NCBI GenBank assembly: GCA_964429515.1
Contig: CAYSCJ010000007.1
Location: 741 to 64,740 of the forward strand
Reading direction: 5' to 3'
Length of the DNA: 64,000 nucleotides
DNA from: an uncultured Taibaiella sp.
GTDB lineage: Bacteria; Bacteroidota; Bacteroidia; Chitinophagales; Chitinophagaceae
Shown here: piece by piece, positions 1-10,462 of the stretch
How the letters are laid out: every line of letters begins with the position of its first letter
Position numbering within the stretch: position 1 is the first letter of the stretch
Position numbers and translations under genes: made by a program
Notes under the pieces: generated by a model
Database searches by the model: none
Told to the model about the DNA's origin: nothing
Seen by the model: only the letters and a program-made list of their open reading frames with translations

Positions 1-1794
1 TACAGATTAGAACTGTTTGGCAACAATTGGCAACTAAGCCAAACCTCAGTTTTGAATCCCAAAGCTGCAAATAAAACACCAGATAATAGAAAAAAGCAAC
101 TGGCTTTTACGGTAGATAATAATTTGTACTTGTTAGACAACCACAACAATATCCACAATATCTCTAGCTCTAATGCACCCAATGTGGTTTATGGAGCTTC
201 GGTACACAGAAATGAATTTGGCATTTCGGGCGGTATTTTCTTTTCTCCAAACGACAACCTTTTGGCTTTTTACAAAATGGACGAATCTATGGTGGAAGAC
301 TATCCGATTATTGACTGGAGTACAACGCCTGCTATTTCAAAAAATATCAAGTACCCCATGTCGGGCAAAACCTCTCACCAAGTAAGTATTGGCATCTATA
401 ATATTCTAAGCCGCAGCGTTCAGTACCTTCAAATAGAAGGCCCTAAAGACCAATATCTTACCAATATCAGCTGGAGTCCCGACGAAAAATATATTTATGT
501 TGGCGTATTAAACAGAGCACAGAACCATTTGAAATGGAATATGTACAATGCACACAACGGCACTTTTGTAAAAACGCTTTTTGAAGAAAGAAATGAAAAA
601 TATGTAGAACCTCAGCATCCACTATTTTTTGTAAATAAAAATGAGTTTGTTTGGATGAGCCAAAGAGACGGCTATATGCACCTATACCATTACAAAGCAG
701 ATGGTACCTTTATAAAACAACTCACAAAAGGGAAATGGGTAGTCAATAGCATTCTGGGCTACGATGCCAACAATAACAACCTTATTATTAGTGGCAATAA
801 AATAGACCCCAGAGAAAAACATTTATTTGCAGTGAATGTCTCTAATGGAAAAATAAATACCTTGCACGCAGATAGCGGCACACACCATGGTGTAGTGCAC
901 CGCAACGGAAAAGCAATTTTACACACATTCCAGAATGCTACTACACCAAGAGACATCAATATTATTTATAGTCACAAATCGAATGTACAACCGCTTCTAA
1001 AAGCTACCGATAAGTTAGCCGAATACAATACAGCTTCAGTAACACCTGTTGTTTTAAAAGCTGCCGACGGTACAGATTTATACGGCAAGCTTATCAAGCC
1101 AAGCAATTTTGATGCTAATAAAAAATATCCCGTTATCGTATACCTATACAATGGGCCACATTTACAGCTTATTACTCACAACTACCCTGCAAGTGGCAAT
1201 CTGTGGTACGATTATATGGCTCAAGAAGGGTTTATCGTCTTTACGATGGATGGCAGAGGTAGTAGTAACAGGGGCTTCGAATTTGAATCTGCAATTTTCA
1301 GACAGGCAGGACAAGTTGAAATGCAAGACCAGCTAAAGGGCGTAGACTTCCTTAAATCGTTACCCTACGTAGATGCCGAGCGTCTTGGCGTGCATGGATG
1401 GAGCTATGGTGGCTTTATGACTACCTCTTTGCTTACACATTATCCAGATGTTTTTAAGGTAGGTGTAGCAGGTGGCCCAGTAATAGACTGGAGCCTTTAT
1501 GAGGTAATGTATACAGAGCGCTATATGGACACTCCCGAGGAGAATCCCGATGGCTATAAGCATACAGAGCTAAGCAGTAAGGCAGATCGGATTAAAGCAA
1601 AATTATTGATGATACACGGCACAGACGATGATGTGGTCGTATGGCAACACTCTTTAAAATACATAGAAAGCTCTGTGAAAAAAGGTGTACAAATTGATTA
1701 TTATGCCTACCCCGGACACCAACACAATGTAGTAGGGAAAGACAGAGTGCATTTGATGCAAAAAATAACCGACTATTTTAAATTGCATTTATAA
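1..1794 (+). CDS. Dipeptidyl-peptidase IV family (S9B) serine peptidase, 5' end cut by window edge
   Basis: Frame 1 is open from base 1 with no stop before the TTG at 52, so the gene begins upstream of the window. The C-terminal alpha/beta hydrolase part has the nucleophile motif GWSYGG plus HGTDDDVV and GHQH. The N-terminal part resembles DPPIV_N. Confidence 0.85.
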   Translation, partial: YRLELFGNNWQLSQTSVLNPKAANKTPDNRKKQLAFTVDNNLYLLDNHNNIHNISSSNAPNVVYGASVHRNEFGISGGIFFSPNDNLLAFYKMDESMVEDYPIIDWSTTPAISKNIKYPMSGKTSHQVSIGIYNILSRSVQYLQIEGPKDQYLTNISWSPDEKYIYVGVLNRAQNHLKWNMYNAHNGTFVKTLFEERNEKYVEPQHPLFFVNKNEFVWMSQRDGYMHLYHYKADGTFIKQLTKGKWVVNSILGYDANNNNLIISGNKIDPREKHLFAVNVSNGKINTLHADSGTHHGVVHRNGKAILHTFQNATTPRDINIIYSHKSNVQPLLKATDKLAEYNTASVTPVVLKAADGTDLYGKLIKPSNFDANKKYPVIVYLYNGPHLQLITHNYPASGNLWYDYMAQEGFIVFTMDGRGSSNRGFEFESAIFRQAGQVEMQDQLKGVDFLKSLPYVDAERLGVHGWSYGGFMTTSLLTHYPDVFKVGVAGGPVIDWSLYEVMYTERYMDTPEENPDGYKHTELSSKADRIKAKLLMIHGTDDDVVVWQHSLKYIESSVKKGVQIDYYAYPGHQHNVVGKDRVHLMQKITDYFKLHL

Positions 1795-1812
1795 GCAAAC
1801 CCAATCCTTAAA

Positions 1813-1837
1813 AGCCCTACAATAGTAGGGCTTTTTG
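1813..1837 (+). terminator. Rho-independent terminator of the S9B peptidase gene
   Basis: agccctac-aata-gtagggct followed by ttttt, 19 nt after the stop codon. Confidence 0.75.
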
Positions 1838-2125
1838 CTGCACCATAACTTGCTTTTAGTAAAACCTAATATTCCAATACAAACGAAAAATAATAAACTC
1901 AAAACACCCTTATATATTCTTTGCCTTTAGACATATAAACAAGACCCACAACTATTAAACACCAATTGCTTATCGTGCTTAAAATACCTAAAATAAACTT
2001 CAATATTTGCCCCTATAAGGTGGGAAATATTTATGACTCTGAAAGATTATGAAGACATGGCCCCTTCGGGCTAGTATAAAAACCTAAACCAATATTTAGC
2101 TATAAACATATAATTTCGGAGGGAT

Positions 2126-2176
2126 TCAAAAAAAGAGGAAGGCTAATATCATTTTAAGATATTAGCCTTCCTTTTG
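2126..2176 (-). terminator. Rho-independent terminator of the SBBP/T9SS gene (structurally bidirectional)
   Basis: Perfect 15-bp stem aggaaggctaatatc / gatattagccttcct (2136-2150, 2158-2172). It is flanked by an A-run on the left and tttt on the right. Confidence 0.8.
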
Positions 2177-2201
2177 AAATGTAAGATATAATAGTAATCG
2201 C

Positions 2202-5200
2202 TTATCTAATAAGTGTTACATCGCCTTTATATTCTACTTGTTGATCACCAGGCATTGGCCCAATAACAACTATTTGGTAATAATATACGTCGGCGTCTAG
2301 CATTTTACCACTCTTATTAGTTCCGTCCCAAAACTTATTCGGATCCATCGTTTCAAACACGGTTTCACCCCATCTATTAAATACTCTGAAGATGATTAGT
2401 TTTTCGTACTGTATATTGGAAACTCCAAAGACGTCGTTCAAACCATCTCCGTTAGGCGAAAATGCATTTGGCACAAATATTTTGGGTTCGTAATACACCC
2501 TAACATTTGACGTAACCTCATCGAAACAACCATATTGATCCCAAGCAGTAACGGTGTAGCGCATATCATGATCTGGTTTTACCCTTATTACTTTCATATT
2601 TGGATCTTCTACAAATTCATTAGGAGACCATTTCCACATTACTGACTCATCGGCTACTACAGCAATATTAATTTCGTCGCCCAATCTAATTAAGGTATCT
2701 TTTGGTATCACAGAATCTATTGCTAATGGTGGTACAACCTTAATTATCATACTATCATTTGACGAACATCCTGCACCTGGCGTTGTAGCTTTCATATAAA
2801 TAGTATACTCCCCTAATGGCGCAAAAAACTTGGTATTGCCCGCTGTTGGGTTAGAGAAGTATTGTGCAGGCCCCCACTCGTAGGAATATCCTGGGTTGGG
2901 TGGCGTTACTTGCATGGCCATAGACATTGAGTCTTTTAAACAAACCGTTAGATAATCATTTGGTATGTTGATTACTGGGAATGGCTCTACAAATGCTACA
3001 TAATTTGCTTTTCTGGAAGGACATGTTGATGGTGCACCATCCTGCCAAGCCTCAATTGTATAGGTAGTCGTCACAGTAGGCGACGACTGTATGGTAAGTT
3101 GAGATGGATCGGGAATTAGATTGGTAGGTGTCCATCTAAACTTCAAAGTAGGGTCAATTGCCGCAGTAACACTTATCATATCACCAGGACAGCTAGTGTC
3201 TAAAGGTGTAACCATTTGAAGGTATACGGAATCTATGATTAAGATGGTATCTGAAGACATTAATGATTCTTCACCCATACTAAGTCCGTTACAAGAACAG
3301 ATAGAGAAGGTGTTTACAATAACGCGTCTTACTCCAGTTGCTGGCGAGCGCAAAAGTGCCTTTATCTCTAAAGAAGTAGAGTCTACATAAGCTGGTATTA
3401 CTACCGAGTCGGCAATAAATTGGTAATCGACTCCATTAATAGCATCACCCAATATTTCTAGCTTAATTACAGTTGGTACCGTATCAGCTACAGGTCGTTT
3501 GAAATGTAAAAATGCAGATTTACAACCACGAATTGCGTGTGTTTGTGCCGCGTTTCCACCCTCAGGAGACTCTCCAGTTACTTTAGCGCCTCTGGCTTCA
3601 AAATCAAACTTAAAGGCTATATTATCGTTTGTGCCACCATTTTGTTTGATAGGCGACCAAGAACCAGGAGTTGTTGGGAAGGTTGGAGAGGTGCCACATA
3701 CAGAGGCATAAGCAAAACCTTGCTCATCCAATCTGTGTACACCAGGATGGGCGTGGTCACCAGACGGGCTTCCAAAATAGGTAGCGAAATATAAATCTGT
3801 CAAACTAGGCTCTAATACTATCATCCAAAAAGAACGAGGTGCGGTTTGTACAGCATCTTGAGTTGTAGGCAAGCCGGCAATGCCAGAGCTAGATACCGTA
3901 TTTACATAAATGTTTCCACATATATCCACCATGAAACCCATGGGTAATTGTTGAGTAGTAGATGCTCCTACAACGGTAGAAAGATGGTTGACTGTTAGGT
4001 CGGAACTCACTTTATGTATAAAAATTTTACCATTGGGGTTGGAGTAGGCAGCGTTAACTGGGTAAGTACCATTGCTGTTTCTTCCACACATATAGATGTT
4101 TCCACCACAATCAAAATCTAGTTTTGCCACATCGTCATTACCCGTAGTACCAAAAAGAGATGCAGCAATTCTCGCGTTTGTTAAGGGATTTATAACCAAA
4201 ATAAATCCATCTGTAGTACCGCCAGAATGAGTACTACCTATAACACCTGCAGTCACCGGGAAGTTAGTGCTTGCTGTTAATCCACCAACTGCTAATACGC
4301 TCATGTCATTCGAGAATTCAATAGTGGTAGCACCTTCGGGACTTGAGCCACCATAATAGGTGCTAAACAACAAGTTAGTTAAAGTAGGACTAAATTTAGC
4401 TACAATAGCATCTGTGCCACCGCCAAAAGTTGTTTGTATGGCACCTGGTGTCGTAGGAAAATCTGTTGAAGCAGTGTTAGATGCCACCCATATATTACCT
4501 ATATTATCGAATGCAATATCGATTGGGTTTAAGTTGGCACCTTGTAAGGAAGAGTAAGTACCTATAGTTGCGATACCTAAAATTGCCTCTGATGCTGATC
4601 CTCCAAAATAAGTAGAGCCTAATAAGGTTGCACCATCTGCAGACAATTTGGCTAAATAAATATCTTGAGTGCCGCCTAAAGTATTATCATACGATGTTGG
4701 AAGCATAGGTAAAGTAGCAGTTGTAACTGCTCCTGCCAACACCACCTCTTGGTTTTCGTTCACCCTTGCCGTAAATGGTTGCGTACCACTTGAGTTACCC
4801 CCAAAATAGGTACCATATATTAACTGACTACCGTCTGTACTGTATTTATGCAAACCTACCAAATTCACAGCGCCCCCTATCGTCATGTAGGAGCCAGTAG
4901 TTGTAGGCCAGTTAGTACCACTACTTAAAGCACAAGTGTAGGTATTACCATCTAAATCGTAAGTGGTGGTGTGTGCATAGTGCGCATTACTACCCGTCGA
5001 ACCCGAATAGGTGGCAAATATTACGCTGGGATCTATAATGAGATCAATGGCTTTGTTATATCCGTTCGGAAACTCAAATTTAACAGCATTGCCCACTACT
5101 TTATATTTAGAGGCAACTGCCACTTGTTTCCCTTCAATTACTTGATATGTAATAGGTGCAGACTCCACAATACTCGTAAAGCCAATATCCAACTTGATAT

Positions 5201-5798
5201 CGCCATTTTCCAATAGCTGAGGCTTAATACCTTCAAATTCCAAAACAATATCATCAGGATTACCATGGGGCTTAACTACAAAATCGTACTTAAAGCCCTT
5301 AGTATCATTACTATAGAATTTTAAATCAATATTAGAATAAACGTTGGATTGAACTACCTCACCATATCCATGCACCTTTGATGCCCATTTAGAGGCATCA
5401 TTTCCTATAATATAATTATAGTACTCTTTTGTTGGGTGGGTAGCAGCATATTTGATTTGTTTATTGGCGTTCTTAAATTTTACATTATAGGCATAACCTT
5501 CAAATGGCAAATCGTCTACATTTTTACCTTCATCTACCATATGGTGCATTTTATCATAATCTGCCTGATTAAGAAAATTATACACCAAACCATAGTCTGT
5601 AAGAAACATAGTAGCCATACCAGTTGAAACCCTATATTTTGCATCTTTATGCCACTGCCCTTTGTTTTCAAAAAAGGAAACCTTAGAAGCAGTATTCAAT
5701 TTATGCACCGATTCACCATCCTTTGAATGGCCAAAGCTATTCACAGCAGTCATTCCAAGAAAGGACAGCAAAAGAGTGGAATAAATTTTTTGTTTCAT
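2202..5798 (-). CDS. Large secreted protein with SBBP beta-propeller repeats and a T9SS type-B (gliding motility-associated) C-terminal sorting domain
   Basis: Signal peptide MKQKIYSTLLLSFLGMTAVNSFG. Repeated YGTYFGG / STYFGGS / STYYGGS / ATYFGS motifs are typical of SBBP repeats. The C-terminus reads FVPNAFSPNGDGLNDVF...FNRWGETVFE...WDGT...YYYQI...GDVTLIR. Confidence 0.8.
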   Translation of the reverse strand: MKQKIYSTLLLSFLGMTAVNSFGHSKDGESVHKLNTASKVSFFENKGQWHKDAKYRVSTGMATMFLTDYGLVYNFLNQADYDKMHHMVDEGKNVDDLPFEGYAYNVKFKNANKQIKYAATHPTKEYYNYIIGNDASKWASKVHGYGEVVQSNVYSNIDLKFYSNDTKGFKYDFVVKPHGNPDDIVLEFEGIKPQLLENGDIKLDIGFTSIVESAPITYQVIEGKQVAVASKYKVVGNAVKFEFPNGYNKAIDLIIDPSVIFATYSGSTGSNAHYAHTTTYDLDGNTYTCALSSGTNWPTTTGSYMTIGGAVNLVGLHKYSTDGSQLIYGTYFGGNSSGTQPFTARVNENQEVVLAGAVTTATLPMLPTSYDNTLGGTQDIYLAKLSADGATLLGSTYFGGSASEAILGIATIGTYSSLQGANLNPIDIAFDNIGNIWVASNTASTDFPTTPGAIQTTFGGGTDAIVAKFSPTLTNLLFSTYYGGSSPEGATTIEFSNDMSVLAVGGLTASTNFPVTAGVIGSTHSGGTTDGFILVINPLTNARIAASLFGTTGNDDVAKLDFDCGGNIYMCGRNSNGTYPVNAAYSNPNGKIFIHKVSSDLTVNHLSTVVGASTTQQLPMGFMVDICGNIYVNTVSSSGIAGLPTTQDAVQTAPRSFWMIVLEPSLTDLYFATYFGSPSGDHAHPGVHRLDEQGFAYASVCGTSPTFPTTPGSWSPIKQNGGTNDNIAFKFDFEARGAKVTGESPEGGNAAQTHAIRGCKSAFLHFKRPVADTVPTVIKLEILGDAINGVDYQFIADSVVIPAYVDSTSLEIKALLRSPATGVRRVIVNTFSICSCNGLSMGEESLMSSDTILIIDSVYLQMVTPLDTSCPGDMISVTAAIDPTLKFRWTPTNLIPDPSQLTIQSSPTVTTTYTIEAWQDGAPSTCPSRKANYVAFVEPFPVINIPNDYLTVCLKDSMSMAMQVTPPNPGYSYEWGPAQYFSNPTAGNTKFFAPLGEYTIYMKATTPGAGCSSNDSMIIKVVPPLAIDSVIPKDTLIRLGDEINIAVVADESVMWKWSPNEFVEDPNMKVIRVKPDHDMRYTVTAWDQYGCFDEVTSNVRVYYEPKIFVPNAFSPNGDGLNDVFGVSNIQYEKLIIFRVFNRWGETVFETMDPNKFWDGTNKSGKMLDADVYYYQIVVIGPMPGDQQVEYKGDVTLIR

Positions 5799-5972
5799 AA
5801 AAGAAAATTTAATTTATTGTTATTTAACCTATTGGATAGACTCATTTTATTAAAAACAAGTTGGGTAAAGATAAAAAAAAATATAGTGAATGCAAGAAGT
5901 AAGTGGATGAAAAATTGCAATTGATAATAAATTTTTTATTTTTAAATACAAAATATAGCCGTTTTTTTCTGC

Positions 5973-5980
5973 TATTTTTG
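5973..5980 (+). promoter_or_regulatory. Candidate Bacteroidota -7 box (TAnnTTTG) for the GNAT gene
   Basis: tatttttg, 35 nt upstream of ATG 6015. Confidence 0.4.
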
Positions 5981-6014
5981 TTGGAAATACACCGAAAAAA
6001 CCAATCTAGAGAAC

Positions 6015-6509
6015 ATGACTATCCTACCAGCAGAAGATCCTCATTACTTAGTGATACAGCACATTGCAAAATACACTTGGCACGACACATTTAAGGATAT
6101 CATGTCGGCGGAGCAAATGGATTATATGCTGGAAATGATGTACAGTGATATTTCCCTAAAAAACCAAGTTACCAACCTTAAACACCGTTTTCTATTGGCT
6201 TTTGACGATGGTACCTATCACGCCTTTGCGTCGTACGAACTCCATTACCAAAACACTCAATTCACAAAAGTACACAAGCTATATGTGCTGCCTAAAAGTC
6301 AAGGAAAGGGCGCAGGAAAACTTCTACTACAAGCTATAGAAAATATTGCAAAAGAGAACGGCGACATTGGATTGACGCTCAATGTCAATCGCAAAAATTT
6401 GGCCGTACAATTCTACTTGAGCCAAAACTGGCAGATAGAACGAGAAGAAGACATCGATATTGGCAACAATTTTTGGATGAACGACTATGTAATGCAAAAA
6501 CTTTTTTAG
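6015..6509 (+). CDS. GNAT family N-acetyltransferase
   Basis: 164 aa. Acetyl-CoA binding motif LPKSQGKGAGKLLL (Q/RxxGxG/A), with GNAT-like length and layout. Confidence 0.8.
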   Translation: MTILPAEDPHYLVIQHIAKYTWHDTFKDIMSAEQMDYMLEMMYSDISLKNQVTNLKHRFLLAFDDGTYHAFASYELHYQNTQFTKVHKLYVLPKSQGKGAGKLLLQAIENIAKENGDIGLTLNVNRKNLAVQFYLSQNWQIEREEDIDIGNNFWMNDYVMQKLF

Positions 6510-6672
6510 CCAAAATAAAGCAGTACTTACTTCGCTTCGACAAAATGCTGCCTAACACCCCATTTTAATGGTTTAAAAACCGTGAATCATGATACTTTCC
6601 TGACACTTTTGGGGGAAATAATAGGCACTATAAATGCCCCTCGTTTCAACTTCGTAAAAACGCAGTACAGGC

Positions 6673-8097
6673 TTAATAACGCTTCACCTGTAAGTAACTT
6701 TTGTAAATATACCACAACGCTATAATTGCAATGGGTACAAAACTAAGTGTCATTGGCAACCAGTAAGGCCCAGACAGGAAACCTAAAGCCCATTTAAGCA
6801 TACCAGTAAGCAGTGCGAAAAACAACACCTGCAAACCCCAAGCACGTAGGGGCAACAGATGCATCCAGCCTACGTGCAACAACAATTTGGAATGGTAGGT
6901 ATAGTAAGTTATTTGCGCGGCTGTACTTACCAATACACTAAGGGCTACGCCCATTAAGCCCCAAAAATAATAAAAGGGCCATAATAAAATCAGGGAAACA
7001 ATACAATCTATCCAAACACCATTGTTGATAAGCTTACCCTTTTCGAACGACTGTAACACCGCCGAAAAGACAAAGTTATAGTTGAGCATCTTCAAAACGG
7101 CTACAATAAAAATAGGCCAACCCTCAAGGTATTTTTGTGAATAAACCAGTGTTATAATATCTTTTGTAAAAAATACAATATAGATTACCGCAGGTATAAT
7201 AAAAAAACCCAGCATCCTGCCTACTAGGCGCAAGTATCTAGACAAATGTGCTGCCTGCGTATGCCCATAAGACAAATGCATAGAAACGGTTGATTTTACC
7301 GATGAAAATACAATTGCAAATATGGGAATCTCGGTAGTAATGACATAATACATTGCAAAAGACTCCTTCGCCAACAATAAGCTTAGTATGAATTTATCTA
7401 AATACTTAATGACATTTTGTGATAAATCATACACACCTATCGTCTTCCAATGACGTTGCACACTTGCCAAATCTACCGGTGCACGGTAGCCAAAATTAAA
7501 TCGTTGATGCTCAAGCAACAAAAGCCTCAACACGGCATTCCACATTAATAAAAATAACAGCTCGCTGGCAGTAATATTGCCCCAATAAAACAATATATAC
7601 AAGCATACACTAAGGGCGTTACAAAGCACACTGGCCCAAAGCAACCGTTTATAATAGCCATAAATAATCGAAAGCGCTTCATATATATAAGAAACCGACA
7701 AACAGCTTATGTAGCCTACCAAACAAAGGATATTCCAAAAATTTACTGGAAATAGCGTATTGGATGCCAACTGAACAAAACAAAAAACACCCGATACCGC
7801 TAGTACCCATAACACATAATATCGCTTATAAATGGGAGGCAGAAAGTAGAGTATTTGACTCAATTTTTCTCTATTATACGTATATACAAATACCGGCAAA
7901 CCCAAACCCGCTATAGCAACAAATATACCCGTTTGCACCCAAAAACTCGAAAATGAGCCATTCGTTTCTTCTGGCAATTTGTGGGCAAAAAACAATAAAA
8001 CAAACAAAGTAGCCGACACACTCAAGGCCCTTACCAACATAATGTAAGGCGTCTTGGTGGCAAATAAATTGAGCGGCGCTGACTTTTGTGTATTCAA
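6673..8097 (-). CDS. Polytopic membrane protein, Wzx/MOP-type oligosaccharide flippase-like
   Basis: 474 aa and hydrophobic throughout, with roughly 12-14 predicted TM stretches by eye. The longest ORF starts at a TTG (8097); an in-frame ATG at 8040 is an alternative start. The family call is by overall resemblance only. Confidence 0.5.
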   Translation of the reverse strand: MNTQKSAPLNLFATKTPYIMLVRALSVSATLFVLLFFAHKLPEETNGSFSSFWVQTGIFVAIAGLGLPVFVYTYNREKLSQILYFLPPIYKRYYVLWVLAVSGVFCFVQLASNTLFPVNFWNILCLVGYISCLSVSYIYEALSIIYGYYKRLLWASVLCNALSVCLYILFYWGNITASELLFLLMWNAVLRLLLLEHQRFNFGYRAPVDLASVQRHWKTIGVYDLSQNVIKYLDKFILSLLLAKESFAMYYVITTEIPIFAIVFSSVKSTVSMHLSYGHTQAAHLSRYLRLVGRMLGFFIIPAVIYIVFFTKDIITLVYSQKYLEGWPIFIVAVLKMLNYNFVFSAVLQSFEKGKLINNGVWIDCIVSLILLWPFYYFWGLMGVALSVLVSTAAQITYYTYHSKLLLHVGWMHLLPLRAWGLQVLFFALLTGMLKWALGFLSGPYWLPMTLSFVPIAIIALWYIYKSYLQVKRY

Positions 8098-8155
8098 AAT
8101 ATATACTACAATGGATGGAAACTAAACGATAATGAAAAAAATTCAATGAAATAAC

Positions 8156-8776
8156 CTATATATACCTATGCTTCTTGCCCTTTTGTATAGCTTCTGCCTT
8201 GGAGTTTACTTGCAGTTTGGCATATATGTTTTTGACATGCGATTTCACCGTTTCTGCATCTATAAATAATTCGCTAGCAATCATACTGCGGGTTTTACCT
8301 TCGCTTAAATATGCCAATATCTCCGTTTCTCTTTTGGTAAGCGGCGTCTCTCGGTTTTTCTGGAAAGAGTTTACGAGCATTTTTGCTATTTGACTAGTCA
8401 TTGGCCCACCACCAATGAGCACTTCGCTTATAGCACTTACTATCTTCTCGGGACTAGCATCTTTGGTTAGGTATCCTGAAGCACCATTGCTTAAGGCAGC
8501 AAATACATATTCGGCACTGTCATAAACAGAAAGCATGATGACATATACATCTTTGACAATTGCCTTAATTTTAGGAATGCCCTCTACTCCATTTACACCT
8601 AGCAATTCAATATCCAGAAAAATAACGTTAGGGTCTAGTTGTTTCAACTTTATTAAAGCTGTCTCTACAGAAGAAAACATTCCCACCACTCGATAGCCCT
8701 CTTGCTGCTCAATAAAAAATTTATAGGCATCTCGTATTACCTGATCATCCTCTATAATTACCACTTTCACTTCCAT
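8156..8776 (-). CDS. Response regulator, NarL/FixJ (LuxR-type HTH) family
   Basis: Receiver domain (VVIIEDD, FLDIELLGVNG) plus C-terminal LuxR HTH (LTKRETEILAYLSEGKTRSMIASELFIDAETVKSHVKNIYAKLQV). Confidence 0.9.
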   Translation of the reverse strand: MEVKVVIIEDDQVIRDAYKFFIEQQEGYRVVGMFSSVETALIKLKQLDPNVIFLDIELLGVNGVEGIPKIKAIVKDVYVIMLSVYDSAEYVFAALSNGASGYLTKDASPEKIVSAISEVLIGGGPMTSQIAKMLVNSFQKNRETPLTKRETEILAYLSEGKTRSMIASELFIDAETVKSHVKNIYAKLQVNSKAEAIQKGKKHRYI

Positions 8777-8944
8777 AATACTCCAATTGCTTTTTTTTAC
8801 AAAAATTTAAAGTATAAAAGTAGTAATTTTACTCGGCTTTCCTTTTTAATTAAGGCAAGTATTTCTGGAAAAAACACAAACACCATTAGTACTTGTAGCG
8901 CGCAAAACCATAAACAAATCAATCGCAAACGGCACACGAAAGTT

Positions 8945-10393
8945 ATGTTAAAAGTACCACAAACCATCCGTCTACTTTTCTTATCTTTATTTATAATGAA
9001 TGCATCCTTAGCTTCTGCTCAGGTATGGAATAAAGTCACTAGTGCATTTAATAAAAATACCGAACTTACACTGAATACCGACGAAATAACTGCTATCAAA
9101 AACGACATCCTCTTTCTGTGCAGCCCTGCCTCCAATGGCAGAAAAGCAGGCTCAAAAGGAGAAGAACATGCAGGCATTTACCTTGAAAAAAGAATGAATT
9201 CGCTGGGCCTGAAGCCCCTTCAAAGCAATTCTTATAGGCAGCACTTCAAATTTGAAAGCGATAAAAAACTATCAAAAGACTATACTTTCACCGTAGGTAA
9301 AAACTACCTTTTTATACCCGAAGATGTAGTACCGATGGCATTCTCAAATTTCGACCAACACGAAGAAAACTTCATAATGCCCTTGAGCGAAGAGCCCAAC
9401 GCTCCTTGGGTTATTCCGATTTATAATGACGCCAAGGATGCTAAAAACCCAGAATATGACTGGGAAGAAACCGCCTATATAAAAGCCCTCAAAGCACAAA
9501 AAAAAGGCGCAAGTGCCGTAGTGCTTTACGATGAATATGGTGCCGTCAACAAACCCTACTTTAAACAAGCTAGCTCATTCGACCCCCTGAATATTCCCGT
9601 ATTCATAGTGCACAAACACGCCTACGAAAAACATATAAAAAACATCAAAACAATTACACCCATTGCTATGCAAATATCGTTTGTGGCCGACAAACTGATA
9701 GGTACCAATATTGTTGGACAACTAGATAATGACGCTGCACAAACCATTGTAATTGGTGCACACTACGACCATCTTGGCGACAATAAACTGGCAGGCAGGC
9801 CCAATGCTTACTTTCCGGGTGCAGACCAAAATGCGAGCGGTGTGGCATCTATGCTGGCATTAGCTTCGAGAATCCAACGGTCGCCCGAACTCAAAAAATT
9901 CAACTATATTTTTGTAGCTTTTTCGGCTTTTGAAAATGGTATGACGGGCGCTAAAGCATTCATTAATAACCTAAAAGCAGACACTCAGAAAATAGTATGC
10001 ATGATTAGCCTAGACAGAGTAGGCAACCTAAAACTTAATAAAAAATTTGCTATTGAGGGTATGGGCTCATCGAGAGCATGGACAGAATTGGTGCAAGATA
10101 TTACGCTGCCCTCCGGTATATATGTCAATCAATACAAACGCTTCAATCAAAACTCTGAACACATCGAGTTTTATATGCATAACATTCCATCCATTTTAGT
10201 AACAACGGGCAAAAATGACGTTCATGATACCATGAATGATTTTCCAAACAAACTTAATTACGAGGGTATGACCCAAATAAATAATATTGTGCTGCAACTG
10301 TTACAGAAAATAAATACTCAAAATACGGTGTTCAATTTTCAGAAAATCAAATTTAACGACGCAAACGATAATGCAAGCGCACACAATCCCTAA
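8945..10393 (+). CDS. M28 family metallopeptidase (secreted aminopeptidase-like)
   Basis: I start it at ATG 8945 (MLKVPQTIRLLFLSLFIMNASLASAQ signal peptide) rather than the TTG at 8702, which would overlap the divergent regulator gene. M28 motifs HYDHLG and GADQNASGVASMLALA are present. Confidence 0.8.
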   Translation: MLKVPQTIRLLFLSLFIMNASLASAQVWNKVTSAFNKNTELTLNTDEITAIKNDILFLCSPASNGRKAGSKGEEHAGIYLEKRMNSLGLKPLQSNSYRQHFKFESDKKLSKDYTFTVGKNYLFIPEDVVPMAFSNFDQHEENFIMPLSEEPNAPWVIPIYNDAKDAKNPEYDWEETAYIKALKAQKKGASAVVLYDEYGAVNKPYFKQASSFDPLNIPVFIVHKHAYEKHIKNIKTITPIAMQISFVADKLIGTNIVGQLDNDAAQTIVIGAHYDHLGDNKLAGRPNAYFPGADQNASGVASMLALASRIQRSPELKKFNYIFVAFSAFENGMTGAKAFINNLKADTQKIVCMISLDRVGNLKLNKKFAIEGMGSSRAWTELVQDITLPSGIYVNQYKRFNQNSEHIEFYMHNIPSILVTTGKNDVHDTMNDFPNKLNYEGMTQINNIVLQLLQKINTQNTVFNFQKIKFNDANDNASAHNP

Positions 10394-10462
10394 ACAATTT
10401 TAAGAATAAATATAAAGTGTGTGCCGACAGGGCTAGTACCTAGCGGCAAAAACAAGCAGTGG

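Noticed and set aside
8702-8944. 81-codon N-terminal extension of the M28 peptidase ORF from a TTG
   Set aside because: The extension overlaps the divergent response-regulator gene and its promoter region. It is low-complexity and precedes a perfect signal peptide that starts at ATG 8945.
10421-10448. Imperfect hairpin tgccg-ac-agg-gctagta-cct-ag-cggca between the convergent M28 and rsmI genes, and its ccgac(a)gggct similarity to 46078-46088
   Set aside because: The stem is weak (5+3 bp), there is no U-run on either strand, and the shared 10-11 nt is within chance expectation.
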